Below, piece by piece: positions 23,406 through 37,053 of a stretch of 64,000 nucleotides of DNA. The translations under genes and the position numbers were made by a program. The notes below the pieces were generated by a model. It saw only the letters and a list, made by a program, of their open reading frames with translations, was not told where the DNA came from and did not search any database. Location of the stretch: assembly GCA_958009085.1 (NCBI GenBank), contig OY253675.1, forward strand, positions 372,001 to 436,000, read 5' to 3'. The stretch's first letter is position 1, and each line of letters opens with the position of its first letter. The DNA is from Protoeuglena noctilucae. Lineage: Eukaryota.

Positions 23406-25704
23406 ATGAGGAGTGCTGCCTTCTTCGGCGTCGCTGCGGCGGCGCTCGCCCTGGCGAGCGGCGTTCAGGGTGAGATTTTCCGATGAGCGCTTTATTATCT
23501 CAATGTCTATCGCTTCACCGTCTCTGATCAGGACGCGGAGGAGTGTCCGCCTCTCTGGGACCTCGCGGGCCACCCTGGCCTGCGGACGCCGCAGCGCGGT
23601 CAGCGCTGGCCCAGGCACCGCAACGACCCAATGACCGCATTTATTGTATTGTTAATAGTCATTGAGGCGTGCCAGATCAGGTTGACGGGTCCCTGGTTTG
23701 CCGCTGTTGGCGCTCCCGCCTGCTGCCTTCAAATTGCTCCTGGTCGCTGACGCCGCTTCCCTGCGCCTCCGCAGGCCACCGCATGCTCTACGGGCAGGCC
23801 AACCAGGCTGCGTCGGGTCCCGGGTCGATCCTCCAGGTGCATATGCGCCTGCACGGCACGGGCGTGTCCGTGTTGCCCCTGCGCCGCTATGCCCGCCGGC
23901 CCGCCTAGCCGGGACCGGCAATGCGCACATAGTAGTCGTAAGAGTGCGCCATGAGGTTGCGATTTCAGAATCACCGACTCTTTGGCCTCCGTCCCTGCCC
24001 CTGCAGCTCAACCAGGGCGACAGCACTGGCACGGGTAACCAGGCCAACCAAGCCGTGGCCGGCGACGCGGCGAACGCCATTCTCCAGGTTTGTCGCGCGC
24101 TCGCAGATGCACGGCGTCCACCGGCGCGCTTGTTGGCAATGATGCTACCCTCGCCTACCCTACCCTGCCTCGTGCCCCTGCAGCTGAACCAGGGCGACTC
24201 CACGGGCAACCAGGCCAACCAGGCCGTGTCTGGCGTCGTGTCGGCCCCGCAGCCCACATCTGCCCCCCAGCCGACGTCCGCGCCGCAGCCCACGTCGGCG
24301 TCCATCGCCAGCGCTCCGGTGAGAGCCCATGCTGAGTATGTCTTGATGTCTGTCAGCTCGATGTCTTCAGCCCCCGGCGCGTCCTGGTTGTTACATTTGC
24401 CTCCCTCTCTCCTTGCTCGCGCAGAGCGCCTCGTGGTACGTCGTGCACCACGGCCACCAGGCTCAGGGTGCGACCTACACGAGCTACGTCGCGCCGGCCA
24501 CGACCACCACGACCACCTACTACACGGTGTCCTCCAGCGACCCCGCGCCCGCGCCCCCGGCGCCCGTGCAGACCGTCTACGTCGTCAAGTCCAGCGCCAA
24601 CGCCCAGACGATCCAGCTCAAGTGCGACTCGGGTGAGCCCCTGCATGCGGCTGCCCAGCTGTATCCAATACCTGCAGCTGCCCTGTCGACTGCATGCACA
24701 CCCATGTCCATGCTGCCACGATATCACAGCTGCACTGGTGTGTTGACCAAGCTCGCCTGTGTGCCCCCGCAGTGATCTCCGACCTCGCCTCCAACGGCCT
24801 GACGCTCGACAACCTCTCCTCCGCCGACCTCTCGATGGTTGTCGTGTCGTGCGGCTGCCAGATGCTCATCAAGCAGCTCCAGGCCAAGGGCCAGTCCAGC
24901 CTGATCCCCAAGGTCCAGGCCGTCAGCAACGGGTGCCCCTCGGCCACAGTGGCCAGCGCCCCCGAGCAGCTGCAGGTCATCGTGAAGGCGCTGCAGTCCG
25001 CCGCCTCCACCTCCTCGTGCGGCGCGTGCGTCCAGGCCGCCACCGCGGCCGCGTCCCAGAACCTCTCCACGATCGTTTCTCAGCTGAGCTCCTCCCAGCA
25101 GGCCGCGGCCGCCTCGGCCCTCCAGAGTGTCGTCTCGACCCTCGGCTCCGGCACCTCCAGCACTGCCCAGGCGTCCCAGGTGAGCCCGCTGGCGCTGCAG
25201 GCAGCTCTGCCTCCGCACGACGGCATGCTCTCTGCGCAGAGCAGAGACGGTGCTGCGGCTGGCCCAGGCATGCGAAGCCTCACGATGCTCGCCCTGCCTG
25301 CAGGCCGCGAGCGGCGTGCAGAACGCACTGATGCAGCTGAGCCAGGGCGGGAGTGCCAGCGGCAACCAGGCGAACCAGGTGCGCTTACTCCGCCACGCTC
25401 CCGGCACTCGCCTCGCTGGCGCGCTTGTTCCCATGGCAGTCTCTTGTGCCTCGCACGCAGGCCGCGACGGGCACCGGGTCCGGGGCTGTGCTCCAGCTCA
25501 ACCAGGGCGACAGCACCACCGGCAACCAGGCCAACCAGGTGAGAAGGGCCTTCGCAGATCCGCGTGCTTGATACGGCATCGCAGCTCTGCAATCAGCTGC
25601 TCTGCCTCACGCAGGCTGCGGCGGGCACCGGCTCCGGGGCCATCCTCCAGCTCAACCAGGGCGGTGGCTCCGGCAACCAGGCCAACCAGGCGGCGACGAA
25701 CTGA
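23406..25704 (+). CDS. Secreted 399-aa protein with Q/N/G-rich repeats (LQLNQG-x3-5-GNQANQA) at both ends, a Pro/Thr linker and a 6-Cys central domain; exons 23406-23469, 23775-23836, 24007-24087, 24184-24318, 24425-24632, 24773-25179, 25304-25378, 25461-25538, 25615-25704
   Basis: All eight introns are GT-AG and the exons sum to 1200 nt in one open frame. Exon 1 is a signal-peptide-like MRSAAFFGVAAAALALASGVQG. Codons are strongly C/G-ending. Confidence 0.85.
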
Positions 25705-25916
25705 GCCCTCTCCTTGCGTCCCTTCCACCTCCCCGCACTAGATCTGCACGCGCGCTGTAGCAAGTGACCACGAGTCTTAGACAGATGAGCTGGGCGATAA
25801 GAGCCCTAGCAGCAACCCTTTCCAGCGGTTTGGGCACTCGGACTTTGAAACCACCTCGCAATGCTACCTAACGACACCCACGACATCTGCCACACGTACC
25901 CATCCCTGCCAGCGCG

Positions 25917-27509
25917 CTACCCATCCCCCACGACGCCCACATGTGGCGCAGACGTGGCCACGCCGCCCACGCCCTCCTCCTCACCCCACCCCTCTCCCTC
26001 CTCCGCCTCCACCACCACCTCCGTCTGTGCGGACGTCCCGAGCCACTTGCCCTGTGTCGCCTCGTACAGCATCACCCCCGAGAGCTTCTGCACGCCGGGC
26101 TGTATGCCGACGAACGACACGTTCAGCACACGTGACTCTCCCGGCCCAAGAGACGGCATGTTGTAGGCCAGGGGACCGATACTCACGACCGCCCGCCCCG
26201 CCTCCTGCGCCCCCTGCTGCCCGTCGGACCCAGCCGCGGGCATCTGGACTCGGAACGGCCCCGCCGCAGTGAGGCCGCGGTTGGTGACGACCACGTGGGC
26301 GCGGAACGGGTCGAGGTGTCGCACGTGGGCGGGGAGCGACGTCACTTCGATCTGAACGGAGCTGTTGGATGTGGACGGGGCCGACACGGGCTGCGTTAAC
26401 AGCTTCCCTCGCTGGCCCTGGTGCGCGACCCACCCGACCTCCAGCCGCCCCAGCGCCCCGCTCTGTGCGTGTAAGAAGGCGGACGCAGGGTGGAGCGGCC
26501 ATGCAAGGTCACCACGAGACCCCTAGGTTCCACGCTACATGGAACCTTAGAGTATAAGCAAGCGCAGTTCATATAACCATGCAGCTCCGCAGAGTCTCAC
26601 ACCTCGAGGTCAGGCCCGGTGGCCTTGAAGACCATGTGGTACGACCCGTTGTTCGGCTGCAGCTGAATGGTCCTTCCCGGCTGCGACCCGTCCTCCCATT
26701 CCAGCGCTGGCCTGCTCTCTGACGGTGACTGTGCGAGGCCCAGCCCGTCCTCCAACAGAGGGGGCCGTAGAGTGTGCACGGTGACTCCGTCCGACGACGA
26801 CGGAGCCAGGCACGGCGCGACGAGGAGAGGGCCGTCCGTCTCGTTCTCTACCCGAACCTGGAAGAAGGCGAAGCGTGGTGTTAATGATGAGATCGCGGGG
26901 CGCGGCGCCTGGCCTGTTGTGGCAGCCCAGGGGCCATTTGCAAGACGCCAAGACTCGCCTCGAGGAGCGCGAAGGGAGATCCGGAAGCGGAGAAGTTCCC
27001 GCGAACGCTGCGCACTTTGGTGCGGATGCCAAGCGGATAGGTCGCGCTGAAGGACCAGTTTGTCGAGCACGACAGGACCACCCCGTTCGCAGCGGTGAGC
27101 CAGGCCGTCAGGACCACGGATTGGACCCCCGGTGACCGGACGCTAAAGTTCACGACCGTGCGGACGGCGGCGCCTGCTTCCTGCGCAACCGGGCGAGCGG
27201 GGCTCTCATGAGAAGCGCAAGCAGGTTGCGACGAACCGTGCGCGCTCGCGTGGGCTCCCGAACCCTCACCAGGACATCCAACGGTTCCGCAGTGTTTGAA
27301 AAAAGGACGTCCGGACGTACGCCCTCGACGGCGTGCTCCACGCGGAGCACAACGCGCGTGCACGCCTCGCGCTGTTGGGAGACGACCCCGACCTCCAGCC
27401 CGATGTTCTCGCCGAGGTACACGGCCGAGCGGATAGGAACGACCACGCGGTCCTGCTGCGCGAGCCCGAAGCGCCCAATCGTGAACTTGACGGGCGACTG
27501 CGAGGCCAT
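25917..27509 (-). CDS. TRAPPC13: TRAPP complex subunit 13 (TRAPPC13/Trs65)-like, ~4 exons
   Basis: SAVYLGENIGLEVGV (cf. xIYLGETF), WSFSATYPLGIRTKVR (cf. FKFxVxxPLxVxTK), and the C-terminal Ig-like segment LNVSFVGIQPGVQKLSGVMLYE (cf. GxQxISGxxLxD). Divergent. Confidence 0.65.
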
Positions 27510-27668
27510 TCGGTCAACAGCCGTGCGAGCGGCGCTCGAGGGGCGTGGCCCCGAGCGAGCTGGGCGAAGACGTTCACGGGACCTTTCTTCAAGGTTTCTG
27601 AATGCGCGGGTGCAATACTTCGGCCTCCACAGAAAGAAAGAAACGTGCGACAAGTGCCAGTGACACTC

Positions 27669-30600
27669 TCAGTCCTCCTCGTCGCTGCTGATGCGGCGGT
27701 TCTTCATCGTGACGCTCTTGAGGAACTTGAACATCACGGCCGCGCTCGCTGCGGGTAGGTAAAAGCACGGCGTTTCCCCGCTGGACCGTGTAACCCTTAC
27801 ACCCTTGCGGCCCTTCCACCGATGCAAGCCGCGCCGCGCAGACTCACGGATGTGCCCCGATCGAATGAGTTCCTTGGCCACGACGTCTAGGTGGATGTGG
27901 TAGTCGGCCAAGTTCATCAGGCACCACGCGGCGGACTTGGCCACGTCTGCAGCTGTGAGCTGCTCGTGCGGAAGCAGCTCCGTGACTGCGGAGGCCGTAA
28001 CGGGTGAGAGCGTTAGAAATACGTATCTAAAATCGCTTCCCGGCGCCGTGCGGCCTCCAGAAGCGCGCGCCGCGATGCTCGAGCCACGCCTGGCTCACCG
28101 CTTCCGTCCACGCCCGACGGCGCCGTGGACAGCGCGCTGTCCCGGGTCTCGCGTCCCAAGTATCCCTCGGGAGGTCCCAAGAGATCCACGAGGATGGAGA
28201 TGGCGTTCGACTCGTGGATGACCTGCTGCGCCTTGAAGTTCTTGTGCCCGATGTTGACCAGCGCACCCATGCAAGACATCTTGACCCTGTGAACACGAAT
28301 GAGCAGGCAAGTCACATGTGGGCACATCTGAAGTGCTCGCGCATGCGCTTATGCGATCACGCGCAATGAGCGCCGGTCGCCTCCCAGCACACAGCCCAAC
28401 ACACAGCCTTTGTGACTGCTCTCCGCCCCTCGACCCTCGACACTCATTGCTGCACAGTGAGACAAACGCCCACTGCAGCTCAGCCACTCACGGTTCCAGC
28501 ACGTCCGGGCTCCGTAGGACATCGACGAGGACTCGGATGACGTGGTTAGCCGCCATGAAGTTCTGGATATGCTCGATGCCCTTACTCAGCTCCGCCAGTA
28601 CACTCGCCACCGCCTGCATGAGGCGCTCGCCCCGGGGGACCGGTTTCAGCCACACCATCACGCGCTCCTCCGGCTCGCGGGCGCGCTCCGGCGCCTGCGC
28701 TGCGGAGGGCGCCACCGGTTCTGACATCCGCCAGTTCTCGTTTCGCGTGGCGGCCGCCAGGCGGTGGCCCCCGGGCCGCGTGGGCTCCCCGGGCGCGCTG
28801 GCGCGGCGGGGATCCTCGACGGCGCTGCGCCGCCCGGCCGCCGCGGCTTCTCCCGGCGCTGCATCCATGCTCGTCCGCTTCCCCGCCGGTGCTGCCGGAG
28901 CAGCCACGACGGTGAACTCCACCGCGAATTTGAAATCCTCCAGCAACAGCATCGTCTGCGGAGATAAGCGAATGCAATGAGCAAAACGCAGCGCACGCTT
29001 GCTGCAGGGAAGAAGCAAGAACATGTCCCGTGCAGTGTTGAACCTGACCCAGGTTAGCCCGCCCTGCGCTGCGCTGCGCTGCACATTGCAATTCGCTGCG
29101 TTTTCTACGCAAACTTGCCTTGAGGATCCCCGGGTCCTCGAGGAAGCGCGCCTGGAGTGCAGGGGCGCGGCACATGATGCGCATGAGGTTGCACGCCGCC
29201 GCCGACACGCCCTCGTCGTCCATCCGCATGGCCCGCATCGCCACGGCCACCCCGTCGCGCGCCAGCATCGATTCCTGCAGCTCCCGATTCTCGTATAGAA
29301 GATTCTTCAGCGCAGAGCACGCCTCCTCCACGCACCGCACCCAGTCGGGCCGCGCTGCCACGTCATCCATCATCACCGGCATCGGGTCCGGCTCAGACTC
29401 TGTTTCGGGTTCCGGCTCCGGTTCCGGCTGCGGCTGCTGCTTCGCGCCCTTGCCGCCCTTCGCGTCCTTTCCCTTGCCCTTGCCCGCCGGCGGGGCGTCC
29501 GGGGCCGGTGCGGCCTCTGCCGCAGGTCGCTTCTTGGGCTTAGGGGGCGGGATCTGGGGCTCTCCGAAGGGGTAGGTGACGACAGACATGAGCGGCAACA
29601 GGCAGTCGTTCTCGGCTAGTCGCTGCTGGGCAGCACGGCTCTGGTAAGCGATGAGACCGAGTAAGCCGCACGCGCACCGCTTGGCCCGCCACAGCGCCAC
29701 GTCGCCGCCCTTCTCGGGCCGCTCGCGCAGCACCGCGACGACCTTGGCCACGGCGCCGGGGAGGTCTAAAAGTGTCGCGCAGTGGCGCCCGTCCGCTGCC
29801 GCCGTCTGCCACAGCAGCCACAGCATGGGCTCTTTGGTGGCCTGGGCGGCGCGGGGAAGGACGTCCACGACCTGGGGGGGGGATTGGGGTGCGTGTGGGT
29901 GAGAGGGGTGATGTGGGGGTGGGGGTGTGGGGTGATAGCGAGCGGCGGTGGGGGTGGCAAGGGGGCGCGAGACGATTTGAACGGTGCACTGCAAAGGGCT
30001 TTATGCTGAGTTATGACAGTTGCATATCTTATGCTTTGCAAGCCATGACCAAGTCCCTTACCTTCTGCATGACCCCCAGCTGCGCCACTTTGCGGAACAG
30101 CGCGGGCAGCCGCCAGCAGATGGACCCCAGGGACCGGGCCGCCTGCTGCAGCACGACCTGTGGAGTGTTGGAATCCGCCAGAATGTCGATGAGGCCCTCG
30201 AGCGCACCGTGGGACTCGATGACTTGCTGCGGGCGGGGAGTGGGGGCCGGGGTGAGTACAATGCGCGTGAGTGATTGCCATGCGCATGACTGACCCCAAC
30301 TATAGTTGGGCATGTGGCAGATGAGCGTGTGTGCGTGACGAGAGCAACGCATTGCCACGCGCATGCATGTCTGTACCTAAAGCCCATGCATAGCACCCAC
30401 CGCTTGTGTTGCCTGCACATCCCACGCACAGCAGCCCTATCCACATCCACGCACTTGCACATTTGCATCTTCACGTCTCTTTACACCCCCCCCTCCCACA
30501 CCTGCACGTCCTTCCCCCTCTCCGCAATGGACCCCAGCAGCCCCGCCGCCCCGTGCCGGCCGTAGTACGACCCCCGCGTGAGCATCTGCACGGCCGCGGG

Positions 30601-33600
30601 CACCGCGTCACTGCTCAGGATCGCGTCCAGCACCTCCCGGCCCTGCTGCCCGGCCTTCTCGGTCTCGTGGATGCGCCAGAGGGACCAGGTCGCGGAGTCC
30701 TGGGATGGCAGGCGAGGGGTCGATATGATATGAGTTGCATGGTAATAGGGAGTCAGCAGCCACAAGTAGATTGTGACTACAAATCGTGATTCCTAACAAC
30801 CTGTCTAGTTGAGGATAGCTCTACCCTCACCTTGCCCCACATCTACGCACAGCTGCTCTACACTAACCACAACCGCAGACCCGAACCCTCACCTTGACTG
30901 GGTCCTCCCCCTTGGGCCTCCCGCTCTCCTCCTCCAGCTCGCTCTGCACCCTCCGCGCCGTGTGCACCAGCGACGCCCGCCGCCGCCCCGCCAATGCCGC
31001 CGCTGCCAGTCGCTCCCCCGCCCTCGCCTCGCGCATGCGCTCCGCCACCTCCGCCCACACCCCGGGCAGCTCCAACGCGCTCAGCTCGGGAATGCGGTTC
31101 TTGCCCGTCGGCTCCGCTTCCACCGGATCGGTCAACTGGCGTGTCAGGTTACCCAAGCAGCCCGCCTCGACCACCAGCGGCAGACACCTAGGCACGCCCT
31201 CCGCGATGTCCGCCAGCGTCCCGCACGCCGCGATGCGCGCGCTCGCGTTGCCCGAAGCGAGGACCTTGTTGATGATCGTCACGTACTGCTTGTCGGCCAC
31301 CAACGCGCGTGTGGCCTCGCCACATGTCAGCCGCCACAGCGCCCACATTGCGGCTGCTTGGGCCCGGCGGGACCCGTAGACGAGCAGATTGACTAAGAGA
31401 GGGACGGCGCCGGCCTTGGCCACGGCCTTGCGATTGGGGCCGGTCTTGGAAATGTTGACTGCGGCGGTGGGGGGTTGTGTGTGTGGGGGTGTTGGTAGGG
31501 TGGTGCGAGGTGCGGTGGGAGCATGCACGGGGTAGCACTAGGAGCGGTGTGTGTGAAGTCAACAGCCAAAACCAACCAAGTTGCACAATCATCACAAGCA
31601 ACTACCAGCTCACCGAGTCCCCACGCGGCGTCCTTCTTCCCCCCATCCGTGCCCTGGCACAGCAGGTCCACCAATCCCCGAACCGCATCCAGCACCTCGC
31701 GCTCCCCATCGCTCTCGCTCGCATCGGGCTCCGCCTGCCGGGGCGCCGCGGGCTTTAGCAGCGCCGCCGCGCTCTGGGTCACCACCTTCACGAGCCGCTC
31801 CATCGCCCCCGTTTCATACAGGGTCCGCTTGGCCAGCGGGTGACCCGTGAGCGCCCACAGCGCGATCGCTGACGCGTCTCGCACCTCCTGCACCTTGCTC
31901 CCCAGCAAGTTGACCAGGATCGGCAGCGCGCCGGACTTGGCGACGGCCGCTTGCACTTGGAGCTCCCCAGCAGCCAGCTGCGTGATGCAACGGGCGGCCG
32001 CGGTGGTCGCGTCCACCCGACCCTCCGCCTCCTGCAATTGCCGCACCAGCCCCTCCAGGCCCCCCGCCGCCACCACCCGCGCTTTGGATTCCGACGTCTG
32101 GCAGAGCACCGTGACGGCCCGGGAAGCCTGCACTTTGCCCTCTAACTTGGCGTCACGCAACACGGCCGCCAACGGTTCCAACACCCCCGCGTCGATCATC
32201 AGCCCCCGCGCGCCATCGCCGCTGACCGCGATGTTGTGGACCGCCAAGCACGCGGCCTCCCGGCAGCCCTCGTCCGCGCTGCGGCATGCGTCCATGAGCG
32301 GCCCCGCCGCCCCATGCACCTCCGTGATGACACGCACGTTCGCCGGCAGCTGCGCGAGCACCGCCAGCGCCCGCGCGGCCCACTCCCGCGCGGAGTTGGC
32401 CTCGTGCCGCAGCAAGTCGACCAAAGGGGGAATGCACCCGATAGCGGCCGCGTGAGACTGCACGTCTTTGTAAGCGTCCGCCACGGACTCGAGTGCGCGA
32501 GCCGCTGCCTCGCGGCACTTCCAGGGGACCTTGGAGTAGTCCGGGCCCGCAGCGGCGGCTCCCTTGCCCTTGCCGCCGGCCGCTGGGGGGGGTGGGGGCG
32601 GCTCGGCCTCGTCGGCTTTGGTCGGGTCCACCACCTGCGGTGTGAGGGAGAGAGGGAGGAGAGATTTGAATGTAAGGCAACATAAGAGAGAAGAGGGATT
32701 TAAATGAGCTGACTCGTCAATAATACATCGACAGCATGCTTGCCTGTGACTTGCAATCACCGACACACCAACACATGGATACCCCCCCTGCCACCCACTC
32801 ACCTCCCCGCCCAACAAAATTACCAAGCTCTCCACGCCCCCTGCCTCCGCGATGTCTCTCTGAATGGGCCAGTGACCCTTGGCCAGATTCGCCAGCGCCA
32901 ACGCCGCAGCTGTGCGAGACTCGTGGTTCCCCGTCTTCACCAACGCGACTAATGGACCGATGGCCCCGATCACGGAAATGAGTATCTGCGTGGCTTTGGA
33001 GTTGGTGGCCAGGTAGCCCAGGGCGCCGGCAGCCGCGCGGCGGCCTTCGTCGTTGGTGAAGGGGCTGGGGGGGGTTGGGGAGGGAGTGGGGGGAGTGAGT
33101 GTGGTAGTAAGTGAGTGAATGAGTGAGGGAGGGAGTGTGGGAGTGAGCGAGTGGAGGGTCCACCTCTGCAGCACCTTCGTCATAGCAATAACAGCTCATC
33201 CACCACCCTCACCCCACTCACCTCTGCAGCATGGTGATGATAGCATTGGTAGCTCATTGACCCCACCCCCAGTCAACTCACCTCTGCAGCATGGTGACCA
33301 TGGGCTCGATCGCCCCCGCATTGATGATGCGCCTTACGCTCTCGGTCACCCCAGCCAAGTTGACCAGCGCATTGGCAGCGATCTCCTTGCCCCGCTCCGA
33401 TCCCTGGATCAGAATGTCCACCAGCGGCTCGATCCCGTCCGCTTTGGCTGCTAATGCCATGTTGTGGTGATTGTCAGAAACCAAGTCGCGAATCGCGGAC
33501 CCCGCCACCTCTTGCGCATGCAGCGCGATGGCCTGCTCCACCTCCCGGCCCAGCTGAAGTAGACGAACGATGCTGCGGGGACAGATGGGGTCAGTATGTT

Positions 33601-36422
33601 GTAAGCATGTTGTGAGTATATATCCCTTGCTGGTCCTTTGCTGCAACGTGAGGGTGTAACTATAAACCCTTTCACCCAGACCGCATGCCACAGCGACTCA
33701 CCCCGGCCAGCTCTTCAAGTGCCATGTAAGGGACAACTACCAAGCATCACCAACACAGCCACCACACAACACTACCACACGCCTTAATGACTCACCCCGG
33801 CATCGCCTGCTCCTCGGCGGCAATCAGGTTTTGGTTGGCCCGGTGACCGCTGCAGAGGTTCTTAAGCGTATTCGCCACCTCGATCCTCGCGCTCACATCC
33901 GTGTGGTTCCCCAGCGCCCGCACCAAGTGAGGCACCGCCCCCGCCTCGGCCACCGCCGTCTGGTTCGCCTCCAAGTTGCGGTCCGCCAGGGCCCCTAACG
34001 CCGCGGCGGCCACCTCGATCGTCGCGCTGTCGTCCGCGGCCAGCAGGGCCACGAGCGGCGCCACCGCCCCATCCGCCGCCAACGTGCGCTGATTGGTGGG
34101 GTATGCCGCCAACACCCGCAACGCCAATGCGGCCGCGCGCTTCGACGCGGGAGATCCGGAGACGACCGTGTCGACCAGCCTGGGCCCCAGCCCAACCTTG
34201 CACATCTGCTCTTGGGCCGGACCGTTGGCCTCGCCCAACGCGGCCACCAGCATCGCTGCGGAGCGCCTCATGTCCTCGTGGGCCTCAATGGCCTCGGGAG
34301 TTAGCACGATCTCACGCATGGACTCCGCTGCGGGGGAGGGAGGAGGGGTTGGGAGGTGGGGTGGTGTGTGGGGTGGTGCGTGGGTGTGGAAACGTGGGCG
34401 ATGGCGTGTGGCGTGGGTAAGGTGGCTACGGCGGTGTGTGGGAGCGGCACGGTGGGTGAGGATGCCATTTTGCAACACGCACATGTCCCACACGTCCCCA
34501 CTTGCCACCCTCAATCGCGCCCTACGTACAAGGTTGTCCTTATCTCATCGCCTCCCACCCCCATCTCCCACTCATTTTTAGTTACTCACCTGACTCAAGT
34601 GCGTCCTTCCCGGCCTTGGCTGCGGGCGCCTTGTCCTTCCCTTTGCCCTTATCCTTGCCCCCCGCACCCGCGCCCTGCCCCGCGACCCCCGGGGGACTCA
34701 GCATGTCTGACAGAGCGTCCATGGAGCCCCGGAATGCCAGAAACGCGTCCTGGTTACCCTTGTCCTTCGTGCACACCGACCTGACGGGGGGGGGGAGCGA
34801 TGGGGGGTGTGGAGGGATGTGGTGCGTGGGGTGTGGAGGAAGTGGGGTGAGCGAGTGAGATGTGGGACACCCCATCCACAGCTGCTTTGACACCCGCCTA
34901 TCCCATCCACGACAGTCCACCCCATGTCCCTGCAGAGTGGTACCACTGCCCCTCACCCGAGCGCCTCGGCGGCAGCCACCCTGTTCTCCCTGACAGGCCC
35001 CTCGATCAGGAACCCAGCGAGGGCCTCGATCCCCTGCGCCTGCGCCACGAGGGCGCGGTTGGGGCGCGAGACGGCGACGGCCGCGAGGGCCTTGGCCCCG
35101 GCGCGCCTGGCCGGGTCGGGCATGCGGCTGCCAGAACCAACAAGCGCCACCAGGGGCGGGATGCCGCCCAGGCTGGCAATCACAGCACGATTGCTCTCCT
35201 GGAAGAGCGCGATGTCCTCGAGGGCCAGCGAGGCCAGCTCCCTGCCCTTGCTGGACCCCGATCGGACTAGATCAATCAGCACGCGTGCAATCGTGTCGTC
35301 GCGCGTCATGTCCTTGTTCGCATTGGAATCAAGGACGAGGTTGCAGAGGGCCTGCTCGGCGTCCAGCTTGCCCTCCTGCGGCACGTCCTCGCTCTGAAGC
35401 AGCCGCACGAGGGGTGGGATGGCGCCAGCCGAGATGACGCTGGCACGGAGAGCGTCGTTGGCCGCCAGGTTCATCAGAGCACCCGCGGAGGCGACCTTGC
35501 TGTCCAGGTCCGCGGAGGACAGCAGCGCGACGAGCGGCGCGACGGCCCCGGCCTTGGCGACCGACGACTGCAGCCCGGTGCTGACAGCCAGGTTGCGAAG
35601 CGCGATGGCGCACACACACTTGGAGAGGTGCGAGGGGCCCGTCTCCAGCCACCGCACGAGCAGCGGCACGGCGCCGGCGTCCTCCAGGCGCCCGCGGCAC
35701 CCCTCCGCGTTGGCGAGGGCTCCGATGGCCTTCGTAGCTGCATCCTTGACTGATGGCGAGCCGTCCCTGCAAGATGCCAAAGACCAAGCCGCAGTTTCAC
35801 CCTTTTCAGCCAGGTTGCTGCGCAGTGCGACGCTACGCCATGTAGCAGCGATAGCGAATCGACAGGGGCGCATCGCGGGGCGAGCGTCACCTCAGCAGCT
35901 GCACAAGGGGCGGGATGGCGCCTGCATCGGCCAGGAGCAAGCGCTGCTCGTCCCCGAACGCGAGCTTTTCCAACGCCCCGGCCGCCGCGATCACGCTGGA
36001 CTCCTTTCCCGTCCGGAGGAGCTGCGGGCGGGGACCCAGGGCGCGAGGGTCCCAACGACAGGCGCAGGTGCACGGTTCGCGGCCAATCTCCGCGCGCGAG
36101 GGCACCCGGTCCACCACGGGCGGGATCGAATGGATTCCGTACAATGTAATACAGCCTAGGAGAACTCCTCGCTCCCCGCGGGGTCGCAAGGCGCGCGCGG
36201 ACTCGCCTGCACAAGCCCGAGCTCCTTGTCCGCGGAGAGCGGGAAGTTGAGCGAGTTCCCCGCAATGGCATCTGCGTGGAGAAAGTTGGGCAGAAACGCT
36301 CTGCGGGTTCGAGACGCCGCCGCTCTCGAGCGCAGCGCGGCGACAGCGTCGCCTGTTGGACCGCCCAGGAAGGTCTCACCTTCCTGCGCCCCCTCCCGCT
36401 TGGGGGCCGCGCGCGGCGCCAT
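27669..36422 (-). CDS. Very large armadillo (ARM)-repeat protein, many exons; 5' exon structure approximate
   Basis: Roughly 25 or more ARM units such as AGAIPPLVQLL, AGAVAPLVALL..AAGALMNLA, GAIGPLVALVKTG..AAALALANLA, in long exons (e.g. 31660-32635, 33797-34327, 34957-35767). Ends ISSDEED* at 27669. Confidence 0.9.
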
Positions 36423-37053
36423 GGCTGCTGCGGGTGGCAGCGCCAGTCACGACCCTATCCTCTGTTGTCTCAACCCCCGCACGGATGCACGCTGCGGGCA
36501 CGGCATTTCTCCAGCGCAGTCCAGGCGCTCGTTCAGGAGCTGAATTTCCATCCACGCCCACCATGCGTACACAATAAGGTGCATTCGACGAAACGCCAAC
36601 CAGCGCTGGGCCTGCTCGAAGGCGCCGCTCGCTCTCGCGGGCCCGACATGCACCGCCCGCACTGGGCCAGCGCCGCGCAGATACTCACTGCATGGCCGCG
36701 GTGCGGCTGTTGACGTATCGGACGCTTGACGTTTGTTGCGCTACACAGTTGAGAGCCCAAGAAGATCGCCAGGACATGTAGGACAAGCTGCGCCCAGTGC
36801 TCCACAAGTGCCATGAAATGAAGAGCGTTGGTTCGACGACTGCTGCCAGCTGAGCGCTCGCCAGAGCACGTGATGAGGACACAGAGAATATCGAAAGGCC
36901 ATAACAGGCGAGCGTGCAGTGCACGCCGTGCACTTGCTGGGGAAAGACCCTCAGGGTCTGGCACCCGGATCGCCGAGGTGCTCTTGTGCGACCGATCTCG
37001 CCCTGCCCGGGGCATTCCTGCGCTCTGCCCCCTCTCTCTCCTCTCCCACCACC

